Source: Macrostomum lignano
Lineage: Eukaryota
Direction: 5' to 3'
NCBI GenBank assembly: GCA_002269645.1
Contig: NIVC01000013.1
Coordinates: forward strand, 1,178,001 to 1,242,000
DNA: 64,000 bases
Shown in pieces: positions 24,770 through 38,995 of the stretch (position 1 is the stretch's first letter; each line of letters starts with the position of its first letter). The notes under the pieces were generated by a model. That model was given only the letters and a program-made list of their open reading frames with translations. It was not told the origin of the DNA and ran no database searches. The translations under genes were made by a program, and so were the position numbers.

Positions 24770-25800
24770 GAGGGAGTGGCAGTAGAGAAGGAGAGGACAG
24801 AGAAAGAGAGAGAGCAAAGAAGGAGAGGGTGGAGTCAGAGAGAGGGAGAGACAACAGGGAAGGAGAGGGTGGAGTAAGAGAGAGGGAGAGACAACATGGA
24901 AGGAGAGGGTGGAGTCAGAGAGAGGGAGAGACAACAGGGAAGGAGAGGGTGGAGTCAGAGAGAGGGAGAGACAACATGGAAGGAGAGGGTGGAGTCAGAG
25001 AGAGGGAGAGACAACAGGGAAGGAGAGGGTGGAGTCAGAGAGAGGGAGAGACAACATGGAAGGAGAGGGTGGAGTCAGAGAGAGGGAGAGACAACAGGGA
25101 AGGAGAGGGTGGAGTAAGAGAGAGGGAGAGACAACATGGAAGGAGAGGGTGGAGTCAGAGAGAGGGAGAGACAACAGGGAAGGAGAGGGTAGAGTCAGAG
25201 AGAGGGAGAAACAACAGGGAAGGAGAGGGTGGAGTCAGAGAGAGAGTGTGTACACGGAGAGGGTAGAGTCAGGGAAGGAGAGGGTGGAGTCAACAGGGAA
25301 GGAGAGGGTGGAGTCAACAGGGAAGGAGAGGGTGGAGTCAGAGAGAGGGAGAGACAACAGGGAAGGAGAGGGTAGAGTCAACAGAAGACAACAGGGAAGG
25401 AGAGGGTAGAGTCAACAGAAGACAACAGGGAAGGAGAGGGTAGAGTCAACAGAAGACAACAGGGAAGGAGAGGGTAGAGTCAGAGTCGGAGAGACAGCAA
25501 GGAAGGAGAGGGTGGAGTCAGAGAGAGAGTGTGTACACGGAGAGGGTAGAGTCAGGGAAGGAGAGGGTGGAGTCAAAGAGTCGGAGAGACAGCAGGAAAG
25601 GAGAGGGTGGAGTCAGAGACGGTAGAGAAGGAGAGGGTAGAGTCAGAGAGAGAGAGTCTGTACACGGAGAGGGTAGAGTCAGGGAAGGAGAGGGTGGAGT
25701 CAGAGACAGAAAGAGACAGTAGAGAATTGGAGAGGGTAGAGTCAGAGAGAGAGAGAGAGAGTCTGTACATGGAGAGGGTAGTCAGTGGGAGAGACAGTAG
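24770..25800. repeat. Purine-rich minisatellite, 40-bp unit (gaaggagagggtggagtcagagagagggagagacaacagg)
   Basis: Tandem array between RTF2 and the sulfotransferase, more degenerate towards the 3' side. Confidence 0.93.
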
Positions 25801-25966
25801 AGACTGAGCAGAGAAGGTAGAGTGCCGCTCTTGTGCCCGAGCTGGTGCATAAATATAGCTAAAAGCTGCTAAGATAGATAAGATAAAGTCAGCCCAGTTG
25901 TTCAACAGGTTAAAAATCTGTAAACCTTTGGTTTCTAACGGTCGTTAGCTCGCTCACTGCGAAGGC

Positions 25967-28279
25967 ATGTCTCTATATTGGCGGGACTGGCCGGTGCCTC
26001 TACACTCGTCGGCTGAAGTGCTGGCTGAACTTGCTGAAAATTTCCAATTCTACGATGACGACATTTTGGTGAACACTTTTCCCAAATGCGGAACCACCCT
26101 GGTGCAAGAGATCGTGTCCTGTCTGGTGTTGGGACCGGAGCGGACTCGAACTACGGACCTTAAATTGAGATCGCCATTTATAGATTTGAATTTGCCGCCG
26201 GAACTGCCGGTTCCAAGGCCGATTGATGGGGCTAAGAAGCTGGACAGGCCTCGGGTGTTGAAGACGCATCTGCCGCCTGCCTTTCATATGCGGCATCTGG
26301 TGAGAATAATGCCGCGGCTTCATTCGGGATCGAAGGGCGGGGCAGTTCGTTTAAATGGTAAAGTAAATGGTAGTGTCAAGCCATTATTGTAGGCATAGTC
26401 CAATTTAAATGCATACTAGTAGCTATCCTATATCTTTCTAAATAGTTAAATCCATATACTAAAACTTGTCTTTAAAAAGCTACAATCAGTTTTTAAGCCA
26501 AGGTCTAGCTTTTTAAGGCTAAGAGTATCTGTATGCAACAAAAAGGAATAACAGAGTTGAAAATGTTTTTTCTCCTATCCCCGCAGTGTATTTTTCCCAG
26601 GAAATTTGCCTTCTAAAAATTACACTTACAGTTTTACGACAGTGGTCCTTAAAAGTACAACATGTAAAAGTGCACCAGGACATAAAAGTACATCAATCTG
26701 TAAAAGTACGTCAATTTAAAAGTACATCAATCGGTAAAAGTACATCAATGTAAAAGTACAATAATGTTTAAAGTACAATAAAAGTACATCGGTGACCGAT
26801 GCCGCTCTGATTGATGTAGGTGGCGCCATCTGGTCCGCGCAACATCATAGTGATGCGCAATCCAAAAGACGCCATTGTGTCAACCTATCATCACATGACA
26901 TCTGCCAGGCGCGACGAGCTGTCGGGTGTGCCGCAGGAGTTCTCCCAGTTCTGGCGGATGATGCTAGGAATCCCCGGCGGTGCCGAGAATACCGAAATTG
27001 TTGTGCATGATTTTTTCGACTTCAATCTGTCCTGGTGGTCGATGCGAAGGCATTCCAGGGTGCTTATTTTGTTCTACGAAGATCTGATTGTGGACAAGAC
27101 TGCTGAGGTGAAATATCTGACTAACTATAGTTATGGTCCTGCAAAGTTTTTTAAGAGTCTTTTTAGAAGAATTGTTGATGCTGATGAGAATTTTCCCTAA
27201 AAATTGCCCCTAAGAATCGCCCCTAAAACGTACCTTAAAAATTGTCTTACAAATTGCCCTTAAAATTAGTTAACCTTAAAGATGGCCCTAAGAAACACTT
27301 CTAAAAATCGCCCCTAAGAATCGCCTCTAAAAATCGCCCCTAAGAATTGCCTCTAAAAATCGCCTCTGAGAATCGCCTCTAAAAATCGCCTCTGAGAATC
27401 GCCTCTAAAAATCACTCCTAAGAATGGCCTCTAAAAATCGCCCCTAAGAATCGCCTCTAAAAATCACCCCTAGGAATCACCTCTAAAAATCGCCTCTGAG
27501 AATCGCCTCTAAAAATCACTCCTAAGAATTACCACTAAAAATCGCCTCTAAAAATCGCCTCTAAAAATCGCCTCTAAAAATCGCCTCTAAAAATCACCCC
27601 TAAGAATCACCACTAAAAATCGCCTCTGAGAATCGCCTCTAAAAATCACCCCTAAGAATCACCACTAAAAATCGTCTCTAAAAATCACCCCTAAGAATCA
27701 CCACTAAAAATCGCCTCTGAGAATCGCCTCTAAAAATCACTTCTAAGAATTACCACTAAAAATCGCCTCTAAAAATCGCCTCTAAAAATCGCCTCTAAAA
27801 ATCGCCTCTAAAAATCACCCCTAAGAATCACCACTAAAAATCGCCTCTGAGAATCGCCTCTAAAAATCGCCTCTAAAAATCACCCCTAAGAATCACCACT
27901 AAAAATCGCCACTAAAAATCGCCTCTAAAAATCGCCTCTAAAAATCGCCTCTAAAAATCGCCACTAAAAATCGCCTCTAAAAATCGCCTACTACAACGAA
28001 ACGCAGGTGAAGCGGATGGCCGAATTCCTATCCACCCCGCTGACCGAAGCCCTGCTGCACTCGGTGCTACAGCAGACCAGCTTCTCCGCAATGCAGTCCA
28101 ACCCGATGGTGAACATCACGCTGACCGATCCCGAGCGCTGGCGTCCCGGCTCAAATTTTATTCGTCGCGGTGAAATCGGCGACTGGAAACGGCATTTCTC
28201 CGCTGAGGATGCCGAGCTGGTTGACGGAATTATTGAGGAGAAATTGGCCGGCTCGGGTTTGCAATTTCGCTACGAGTGA
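25967..28279 (+). CDS. Cytosolic sulfotransferase (SULT1-like), 297 aa
   Basis: Exons 25967-26299, 26820-27107 and 28007-28279, all phase 0. 5'-PSB motif TFPKCGTT, KTHLP, RNPKDAIVS, FYEDL and 3' PAPS motif RRGEIGDWK. Confidence 0.93.
27190..27990. repeat. Intronic minisatellite of 13-bp units (aaaaatcgcctct / aagaatcaccact)
   Basis: Tandem array running almost to the exon 3 acceptor. Confidence 0.95.
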
Positions 28280-28409
28280 ATGTGAACTCAATCTAATCTT
28301 TTAGGACTGCTTGATGGGCCGTTAAAAGTGCACATTGTGCTTTAATTATTAATGAGTCATCTATGAGTAGATGTATGTAACAGGTATTGTAATGTCTATG
28401 CATAGGAGT

Positions 28410-28930
28410 GTCTTGGGTGCAGTGAGACTGTCTGGGTGTGGGACTGTCTTGGGTGCAGTGAGACTGTCTGGGTGTGGGACTGTCTTGGGTGCAGTGAGAC
28501 TGTCTGGGTGTGGGACTTTATGGGTGTGAGACTGTCTGGGTGTGGGACTTTATGAGTGTGAGACTGTCTAGGTGTGGGACTGTCTTAGGTGTGGGACTGT
28601 CTTGGGTGCAGTGAGACTGTCTGGGTGTGGGACTGTATGGGTGTGGGGACTGTCTAGGTGTGAGACTGTCTAGTTGTGGGACTGTATGGGTATGGATTGT
28701 CTGGGTGTGGGACGGTATATGGTGTGGGACTGTCTGGGTGTGGGACTTTATGGGTGTGAGACTGTCTAGTTGTGGGACTGTATGGGTATGGGATTGTCTG
28801 GGTGTGGGACGGTATATGGTGTGGGACTGTCTGGGTGTGGGACTTTATGGGTGTGAGACTGTCTAGTTGTGGGACTGTATGGGTATGGGATTGTCTGGGT
28901 GTGGGACGGTATATGGTGTGGGATTGTCTG
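28410..28930. repeat. GT-rich minisatellite (gtgtgggactgtct core, about 16-17 bp)
   Basis: Visible tandem array downstream of the sulfotransferase. Confidence 0.92.
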
Positions 28931-29689
28931 GATATTGGACTGTATTTGTTATGATTAATTATTTTTCGATTTAGTGAATTCAAGATCGCTACAAAAGTTG
29001 CCATGTTTTCGTAAACTGCGTTTTTTTTATTTTTTTGCTATCATTTACTAAAAAATCTAATTTTAAATTATCTAATTTTACAATAATATTGCAAGAATAT
29101 ATTAATTATCAAACACGTAGGCTCGCTTTTTGTCAGCGTATTTGTTTTACGCTTTTAAAATTTTCGAAAGTTGAAAAGGAAAAGAGACAGTAGAATCCGA
29201 AAGAGGGAGAGGCAGTAGGGAAGGAGAGGGTACGAGCTCGTGGATTCAGATATTCCTAAAATGATAGCTATTGATAAATTACACTAGCCAAGCATCCAGT
29301 CAGGAACTGTGGTTTTCTTTCGTATTTGTGCATTTTCAACACACTGTGTGCCCTGTGTGCATTGCAGTATGTGCGAAAAATAAATTTTCTAATGCAACCC
29401 AAAGACGAATAGCTAAGATTTGCAATACGAACGGAATTATGGTGTTTGTTAAATCCGCTTCCCTCGTCCCTCTACAGTACTTTCTAGAATTTCGCGCGCC
29501 ATCAAGTAAACTTTGGGGAACTGCGATGACTGGCTTCCCTAACAGAACATGCGGATGCCCAATGATGGGGCAAGGCGATCTTCTATCTAGGTTAGGAAGA
29601 GTAAGCATTCTTGCTTTAATCCAGGTTGCTTCTGGAAAGATAAATTTTATTTTCTAGGAAGCATCGCATTTACATTTACTAGTTTCTGA

Positions 29690-30150
29690 AGTGTCTATTA
29701 TTTGTGGTGTGTCTATGGTTTGTTGAGTGTCTATGGTTTGTGGTGTGTCTATCGTTTGTGGAGTGTCTATCGTTTGTGGTGTGTCTATCGTTTGTGGAGT
29801 GTCTATGGTTTGTGGTGTGTCTATGGTTTGTGGAGTGTCTATGGTTTGTGGTGTGTCTATCGTTTGTGGAGTGTCTATGGTTTGTGAAGTGTCTATGGTT
29901 TGTGGTGTGTCTATGGTTTGTGAAGTGTCTATGGTTTCTGAGGTGTCTATGGTTTGTGGTGTGTCTATCGTTTGTGGAGTGTCTATGGTTTGTGGTGTGT
30001 CTATGGTTTGTGGTGTGTCTATGGTTTGTGGAGTGTCTATGGTTTGTGGTGTGTCTATGGTTTGTGGAGTGTCTATGGTTTGTGGTGTGTCTATGGTTTG
30101 TGGAGTGTCTATGATTTGTGAAGTATCTATCGTTCGTGGTGTGTCTATGG
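29690..30150. repeat. Minisatellite, 18-bp unit (ggtttgtggtgtgtctat)
   Basis: Visible tandem array. Confidence 0.95.
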
Positions 30151-30679
30151 TTGGAAAGTGTCTTTTGTTTATCTAGTGCTTTAACGCCTTCCCTGTGGCC
30201 AACTCTAACATAGCTAAATACTGCTATATTTATCTGCCAGTCTTGCTCAAAGCCCCTACATGTATAGCCATATTGAGTATAGTAAACCCCCAGTTAAAAG
30301 CTGTAAAATGATCTTTCCGATTTTACATCCGTGCGTGCATAAGAGTGGCAGGCGGCGAAGGCAGGAAGAAGGAAGTGCAAGGCAAGGGAGATTCCTCATC
30401 GCTTGTTGTAGTGAGAGAGACGAGAGGCATAAAATATAACTGCGTTCCATCCGTCCATCCATCAGTCATGCTTCCTATATAGACTTCCTATATGTTTTAC
30501 TTTACATATGCTAGTACTATACTAGTTATTTATCTTTAGTAAGTCCTCAACTTTTTGGTGTTTTATTATCTCTTTTCTCGGCTTTGTCTCTTATCTTCTA
30601 TTTAAGGCTCGCTAAATATTCAAAATTTTTATATGATTTAGCACTCAATGATGTGGCTATTCGAAGGCTTGGTAAGCGA

Positions 30680-31090
30680 AGTGTGTCACAGGGCGCTAGA
30701 GTGACCGTGTGTGCGTGTCAAAGGGCGTCAAAGTGACCTCGTGTGTGTGTCACAGTTCGCTAAAGTGACCGTGTGTGTGTCACAGGGCGTCAAAGTGACC
30801 GTGTGTGTGTCACAGTTCGCTAAAGTGACCGTGTGTGTGAGTCACAGGGCGCTAAAGTGACCGTGTGTGTGAGTCACAGGACGCTAAAGTGACCGTGTGT
30901 GTGAGTCACAGGGCGCTAAAGTGACCGTGTGTGTGAGTCACAGGGCGCTAAAGTGACCGTGTGTGTGAGTCACAGGGCGCTAAAGTGACCGTGTGTGTTT
31001 CACAGTTCGCTAAAGTGACCTTGTGTGTGAGTCACAGGGCGCTAAAATGACCGTGTGTGGGCCAAAGGGCGCTTAAGTGACTGAGTGTGA
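30680..31090. repeat. Minisatellite, about 32-bp unit (gtgaccgtgtgtgtgagtcacagggcgctaaa)
   Basis: Visible tandem array. Each unit contains a gtgac/gtcac inverted pair. Confidence 0.92.
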
Positions 31091-32004
31091 CATTGGTGCC
31101 AAAGTTACTGCGAGTGTCATTGGGCGCCAATGTCACAGTGTTCCAAATGTACGTTAGACTCTAATATAACTCATATGATAAAATAATTCGTAAAGCCCAT
31201 GCGCTGTTAAAAAATCGAGCCAAATAATGTCACGCTGCCTTCTCAACCTCGCATGTATCCGTCATTGGCTACATACTCGTAATTAAGCTTCTAAATAATC
31301 CCATAATCCCCGAGTACCAATGCTTCATCATTAATCTATGCCTTCAGCTGTGTCGCTATCGAATATATCCGATTTGCATAATTCTTATCAGAATACAGGA
31401 TTGTCTATAAATAGACTCAAGTGCTTTTGCAACATCCTCTTAATCCCCTTTAAGGCCCTCAAAAAGAAGTCTGAGAGCATTGAACCTCAGCAGTTCAATT
31501 GTTGGAAAATTTGTTTGAATAGAAAATCTGCATGCCTGTTTCTCATCTGCTTCAGAGTTTGAAGAGGGGGGGGGGTTGGTGGCGATGGAATGAATTGAGA
31601 GAGGACAGAGATGAGGCTGCATGTCGACGATGGGGAACGGGGGAGACTGCGCTGTGAGTGTGCACTTTTAACCCGCTTCCAGACGGAGCCGGAGAGGGAG
31701 GCTGGTGGACACTCGGGCAGAATTCCACTTTTTGCACCATTCAAACCCATAATTTGCATTTTTTGTACATAACAGTCTTGTCTGCGTTTGAATTTTATAT
31801 GAAGCTGTTTGACTTCTAATTCCCACTGATAAAATTTTACAGTACCCACACCAGTCAACCAGATGGGGTTTTATTATTTGCATGCACATGCATTTAGCTC
31901 GTACATGTATTCGAAAAAATTGGTATTATGTGCAATAAAACAAAGGCAAACCTCTAAAACGCAACCCCCATTAAAGGAATTCTTTGAGGCCCTAGATCAC
32001 GACA

Positions 32005-34850
32005 GGCCACAAAACACAACAGCCCCATCCAAAACACAACAGCAACCTCCAAAACACAACAGCCCCCTCCAAAACACAACAGCCCCCTCCAAAACACAAC
32101 AGCCCCCTCAAAAACATAACAGCCCCCTCCAAGACACAACAGCCCCCTCCAAAACACAACAGCCCCCTCCAAAACACAACAGCCCCCTCCAAAACACAAC
32201 AGCCCCCTCCAAAACACAACAGCACCCTCCAAAACACAACAGCCCCATCCAAAACACAACAGCCCCCTCCAAAACACAACAGCCCCCTCCAAAACACAAC
32301 AGCCCCATCCAAAACACAACAGCCCCCTCCAAAACACAACAGCCCCCTCCAAAACACAACAGCACCTCCAAAACACAACAGCCCCCTCCAAAACACAACA
32401 GCACTTCGAAAACACAACAGCCCCCCCCCAAACACAACAGCCCCCTCCAAAACACAACAGCACCTCCAAAACACAACAGCCCCCTCCAAAACACAACAGC
32501 ACCTCCAAAACACAACAACCCCCCCCAAACACAACAGCCCCCTCCAAAACACAACAGCCCCATCCAAAACACAACAGCCCCCTCCAAAACACAACAGCCC
32601 CCTCCAAAACACAACAGCACTTCGAAAACACAACAGCCCCCCCCAAACACAACAGCCCCCTCCAAAACACAACAGCCCCCTCCAAAACACAACAGCCCCC
32701 TCCAAAACACAACAGCCCCATCCAAAACACAACAGCACCCCCAAAACACAACAGCCCCTCCAAAACACAACAGCCCCCTCCAAAACACAACAGCCCCCTC
32801 CAAAACACAACAGCACCCCCAAAACACAACAGCCCCCTCCAAAACACAACAGCCCCCTCCAAAACACAACAGCCCCATCCAAAACACAACAGCGCCCTCC
32901 AAAACACAACAGCCCCCTCCAAAACACAACAGCCCCCTCCAAAACACAACAGCACCCCCAAAACACAACAGCCCCCTCCAAAACACAACAGCCCCCTCCA
33001 AAACACAACAGCCCCCTCCAAAACACAACAGCCCCCCCCTCCAAACACAACAGCCCCCCAAAAACACAACAGCCCCCTCCAAAACACAACAGCCCCATCC
33101 AAAACACAACAGCGCCCTCCAAAACACAACAGCACCCTCCAAAACACAACAGCACCTCCAAAACACAACAGCCCCCTCCAAAACACAACAGCCCCATCCA
33201 AAACACAACAGCCCCCTCCAAAACACAACAGCCCCCTCCAAAACACAACAGCACTTCGAAAACACAACAGCCCCCCCCAAACACAACAGCCCCCTCCAAA
33301 ACACAACAGCCCCATCCAAAACACAACAGCGCCCTCCAAAACACAACAGCCCCCTCCAAAACACAACAGCCCCATCCAAAACACAACAGCGCCCTCCAAA
33401 ACACAACAGCCCCCTCCAAAACACAACAGCCCCATCCAAAACACAACAGCCCCCTCCAAAACACAACAGCCCCATCCAAAACACAACAGCCCCCTCCAAA
33501 ACACAACAGCCCCCTCCAAAACACAACAGCACTTCGAAAACACAACAGCCCCCCCCAAACACAACAGCCCCCTCCAAAACACAACAGCACCTCCAAAACA
33601 CAACAGCCCCCTCCAAAACACAACAGCACCTCCAAAACACAACAGCCCCCCCCAAACACAACAGCCCCCTCCAAAACACAACAGCCCCATCCAAAACACA
33701 ACAGCGCCCTCCAAAACACAACAGCCCCCTCCAAAACACAACAGCCCCCTCCAAAACACAACAGCCCCCTCCAAAACACAACAGCACCCCCAAAACACAA
33801 CAGCCCCCTCCAAAACACAACAGCCCCCTCCAAAACACAACAGCCCCCTCCAAAACACAACAGCCCCCCCCCCTCCAAACACAACAGCCCCCCAAAAACA
33901 CAACAGCCCCCTCCAAAACACAACAGCCCCATCCAAAACACAACAGCGCCCTCCAAAACACAACAGCACCCTCCAAAACACAACAGCACCTCCAAAACAC
34001 AACAGCCCCCTCCAAAAAACAACAGCCCCATCCAAAACACAACAGCCCCCTCCAAAACAGAACAGCCCCCTCCAAAACACAACAGCCCCTCCAAAACACA
34101 ACAGCCCCCTCCAAAACACAACAGCCCCCTCCAAAACACAACAGCCCCCTCCAAAACACAACAGCACCCCCAAAACACAACAGCCCCCTCCAAAACACAA
34201 CAGCCCCTTCCAAAACACAACAGCCCCCTCCAAAACACAACAGCCCCCTCCAAAACACAACAGCCCCCCCCTCCAAACACAACAGCCCCCCCAAAAACAC
34301 AACAGCCCCCTCCAAAACACAACAGCCCCATCCAAAACACAACAGCGCCCTCCAAAACACAACAGCACCCTCCAAAACACAACAGCACCTCCAAAACACA
34401 ACAGCCCTCACCCAAACACAACAACCCCCACCCAAACACAACAGCAACCTCCAAAACACAACAGCGCCCTCCAAAACACAATAGCAACCTCCAAAACACA
34501 ACAGCCCCCTCCAAAACACAACAGCCCCCTCCAAAACACAACAGCACCCCCAAAACACAACAGCCCCCTCCAAAACACAACAGCCCCATCCAAAGCACAA
34601 CAGCGCCCTCCAAAACACAACAGCCCCCTCCAAAACACAACAGCCCCCCCAAACACAACAGCCCCCTCCAAAACACAACAGCCCCCTCCAAAACACAACA
34701 GCCCCCCCCAAACACAACAGCCCCCCCCCCAAACACAACAGCCCCCTCCAAAACACAACAGCCCCCCCCCCAAAACACAACAGCACCTCCAAAACACAAT
34801 AGCGCCCCCCAAAACACGATAGAGCCGCCAAAAACACGATAGCCCCACTA
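32005..34850. repeat. Minisatellite, 20-bp unit (ccaaaacacaacagccccct)
   Basis: Array of about 2.8 kb with 19-22 bp variants. Source of the 800-940-aa ORFs. Confidence 0.98.
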
Positions 34851-35769
34851 ATAAACAATCACAACAAACCTCCTAACGACTATTCCAAATCTTAACATCC
34901 ACAGTCTTAAAACTTCATGACAACATCCAAGCACGGCAAGTACAAGAATCGTTCTTCATCTTTTTCTCGCGTCCCTCTCTGAGGCTGTTTTGCACTTTTA
35001 CGATCAAGTGTTTGGCAGACACTGCGCGGGAAACTGTCTCGGGGACTGGACAGAGGGGAGATTGCTTCTGCCTAGCAACTAGGCTATCAGCAGCAGCAGC
35101 AGCTTTTAGAATTTCACGCCGCAATATGCCAGCAACACAGTTTGTTTCTATGCACCAATCCAACACTAACCCGGGTTGACAGCTTCTAGAAACAAAACAT
35201 CCATCTATCTATCCTACATCCAAGAATATTCTAGTATACAACTCCAGGGCTTAAATAGTTAGGCCACACAGACGCGGCTATTGCCTATATAATCCCTGTC
35301 CTCCCCCGCCGATTTCGCTTCGCTCTTCCGCTCAACTGTTCCCAATAGCAGCGCTTCGGGGGCCAGATGAGCTGGAGAGAGAGAGAGAGCGAGAGGTGGG
35401 TAAGGAGAAGTATTCGATTTCCAATCGGAACTGCCTCAGTGATTCCGTCAGTCTCTCCTTAACCCGTTCGAGAGCTCAAACTCACTTTGGTCGGGAAAGA
35501 GTGAGCGCTTTGAGCACAGAAAATTGGGGACTTAAGGCGGCCATGCGATATAAAATATATATACACGTAATATAGGGGGGGGGATTATACACACCTACCG
35601 CAGACTGGCGGCCCTGTCCGACCGACTTAGCAGCGACCTCCATGGTTGTCCAATTTGAGTTTATGCGATTGAGAACCTTGATTGCATATAGAGCTATAGA
35701 AATCGGGATGGAGATGGATATGAAGATAGCTGGGTTCCATGAAGCATTAAAGAGAATGTTTTACAGCGA

Positions 35770-36640
35770 CAGCATTACAGCTACAGCATTACAGCTACAG
35801 CATTACAGCTACAGCATTCAGCTACAGCATTACAGCTACAGCATTACAGCTACAGCATTACAGCTACAGCATTGCAGCTACAGCATTGCAGCTACAGCAT
35901 TACAGCTACAGCATTACAGCTACAGCATTACAGCTACAGCATTACAGATACAGCATTACAGATACAGCTTTACAGCTACAGCATTACAGCTACTGCATTA
36001 CAGCTACAGCATTACAGCTACAGCATTACAGCTACAGCTTAACAGCTACAGATTTACAGCTACAGCATTACAGCTACAGATTTACAGCTACAGCATTACA
36101 GATACAGCTTTACAGCTACAGCTTTACAGCTACAGCATTACAGCTACAGATTTACAGCTACAGCATTACAGCTACAGCATTACAGCTACAGATTTACAGC
36201 TACAGCATTACAGATACAGCTTTACAGCTACAGCTTTACAGCTACAGCATTACAGCTACAGATTTACAGCTACAGATTTACAGCTACAGCATTACAGCTA
36301 CAGATTTACACCTACAGCATTACAGCTACAGATTTACAGCTACAGATTTACAGCTACAGCATTACAGCTACAGATTTACACCTACAGCATTACAGCTACA
36401 GCATTACAGCTACAGCTTTACAGCTACAGCATTACAGCTACAGATTTACAGCTACAGCTTTACAGCTACAGCATTACAGCTACAGATTTACAGCTACAGA
36501 TTTACAGCTACAGATTTACAGCTACAGATTTACAGCTACAGCATTACAGCTACAGATTTACAGCTACAGCTTTACAGCTACAGCATTACAGCTACAGCTT
36601 TACAGCTAGAGCTTTACAGCTACAGCATTACAGCTACAGC
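35770..36640. repeat. Composite micro/minisatellite of gctaca and gcattaca/gatttaca subunits
   Basis: Visible tandem array. Confidence 0.96.
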
Positions 36641-36914
36641 AAGACCCAATGGAGCAGGCCTGATAGTCTAAAATTCTCCACCATCTCAGCAGCAGCAGCA
36701 GCCTGCACCCTATACTTGAGCAAAAGTGCTGGAAGCCATTCCGAGTCGACAACACTCGAAACTGTTTGCTTTAAATCAGCCAGGAGTACCATCTGCAGTT
36801 CCTTGAAGTGACACGTCAGTCTCAGGCACGTTGAATAATAATGACATTGTGATATTGCGTATCAAATGCAGTATCGCCTCGTGGTTCCGAATTGCTGTTG
36901 ATGCATGTGGACAG

Positions 36915-37030
36915 GTCCAGCGCGTCGCTTTGAAGTACCAGCGGCCCAGGCTCGATTCCAAGTGCAGACACATTAAATTTGGGGGCTAAACTGGAATCTC
37001 GGCCAGGCTCTGCTCGTGCAATTAACGGCC
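36915..37030 (+). mobile_element. Degenerate tRNA-headed SINE-like sequence (second family)
   Basis: B-box-like ggctcgattcc near 36952, followed by about 50 bp homologous to 4161-4214. Confidence 0.4.
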
Positions 37031-37824
37031 TTGAAGGCCAACCCCAAGGCACAGTGAAGTGTACATGCCTAACGATAAATAGTGTTAGGGCCGCTGCACA
37101 CCCCTCTTATGACTGCGTACGTATCCTGCTTGGGGCGGTGGGCGGAATGGGCAGCAATGCCTCTCTCCGATTGTGTGACAATGTCGCTTAAAGTGCGCCA
37201 GGTTGTACACAGCCTCTAGGAGAATCTTTTTAGCTGTATGCTTTCCATACTGATTTTTCCTAACCATGTCTATGGTAAAACCCACAGAGAGAGTATAATG
37301 CCTATCTAAGCCAAGATGTACATGCAATCTATAACGAAAAAGAATCAGTCAGCCTGCAAATATCGCATTCAACTGACTGGATTTTTCTAGTTGCGGACGC
37401 AGTGTTCTAACCTAACCTAGCCCCTGCATAGATGGGTGGATTAGCCCTGCACGGCTGTGGGGGCTGGGTAATGAATAATAAATGCAAAGGGGGAGGAATC
37501 TCCCTCACTGTCCTCACTGCAGTGGCTATAGACTTAAAACCTGTCTTGCTATGCCTATCGGTTTTTTTTAATCTTGTGGGGAAGCTATGCGTGTGGCCAA
37601 GCGCGTGTACGCTTGCAAGCACGCCTGGCTGTTTGGATCGTAGCCTAAAAAAGTTGTTTTAGCGATTCAGAAAGTCATATCCTGCACTCATGATAAATTT
37701 GAATAGAATTTATCAACGAATCCTGCTTGCCTTTGGCAGCAATGGCTCATCGAATGTGCACCGAATCAGACCGCGAGCTACTTGGAAAAACAACTTGTTG
37801 GTGACCCCGAAACTCTTCAGCTTC

Positions 37825-38995
37825 CTGCTCCTGACACTCCTGATGCTTCTGACGCTCCTGACACTCCTGATGCTCCTGACACTCCTGACACTCCTGATGC
37901 TCCTGACACTCCTGATGCTCCTGACACTCCTGATGCTTCTGACACTCCTGATGCTCCTGACACTCCTGATGCTTCTGACACTCCTGATGCTCCTGACACT
38001 CCTGATGCTTCTGACACTCCTGATGCTCCTGACACTCCTGACACTCCTGACACTCCTGAAACTCCTGACACTCCTGACACTCCTGATGCTCCTGACACTC
38101 CTGACACTCCTGACACTCCTGAAACTCCTGACACTCCTGACACTCCTGATGCTCCTGACACTCCTAACACTCCTGACACTCCTGAAACTCCTGATGCTCC
38201 TGACACTCCTGACACTCCTGAAACTCCTGACACTCCTGACACTCCTGATGCTCCTGACACTTCTAATGCTTCTGACACTCCTGACACTCCTGATGCTCCT
38301 GACACTTCTAATGCTTCTGACACTCCTGACACTCCTGACACTCCTGATGCTCCTGACACTCCTGACACTCCTGACACTCCTGAAACTCCTGACACTTCTG
38401 ACACTCCTGATGCTCCTGACACTTCTAATGCTTCTGACACTCCTGACACTCCTGACACTCCTGATGCTCCTGACACTCCTGACACTCCTGACACTCCTGA
38501 CACTCCTGATGCTCCTGACACTCCTGACACTCCTGACACTCCTGATGCTCCTGACACTCCTGATGCTCCTGACACTCCTGACACTCCTGACACTCCTGAT
38601 GCTCCTGACACTACTGATGCTTCTGATGCTCCTGACACTCCTGATACTCCTGACACTCCTGACACTCCTGATGCTCCTGATGCTCCTGACACTCCTGACA
38701 CTCCTGATGCTCCTGACACTCCTGACACTCCTGATGCTCCTGATGCTCCTGACACTCCTGACACTCCTGATGCTCCTGATGCTTCTGACACTCCTGATAC
38801 TCCTAATGCTTCTGACACTCTTGATACTCCTGACACTCCTGACACTCCTGACACTCCTGACACTCCTGATGCTCCTGATGCTCCTGACACTCCTGACACT
38901 CCTGATGCTCCTGACACTCCTGACACTCCTGACACTCCTGATGCTCCTGACACTCCTGACGCTTCGGACACTCCTAAGTTTGACACTCCCGACAA
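37825..38995. repeat. 9-bp tandem array (ctcctgaca / ctcctgatg), about 130 units, period apparently unbroken
   Basis: Visible array. Three ORF-track frames run through it without a frameshift. Confidence 0.97.

Noticed and set aside
31863-34858. 800-940-aa ORFs on both strands (PPKHNS / GAVVFW repeats)
   Set aside because: They are translations of a 20-bp array with frequent indels and no unique domain.
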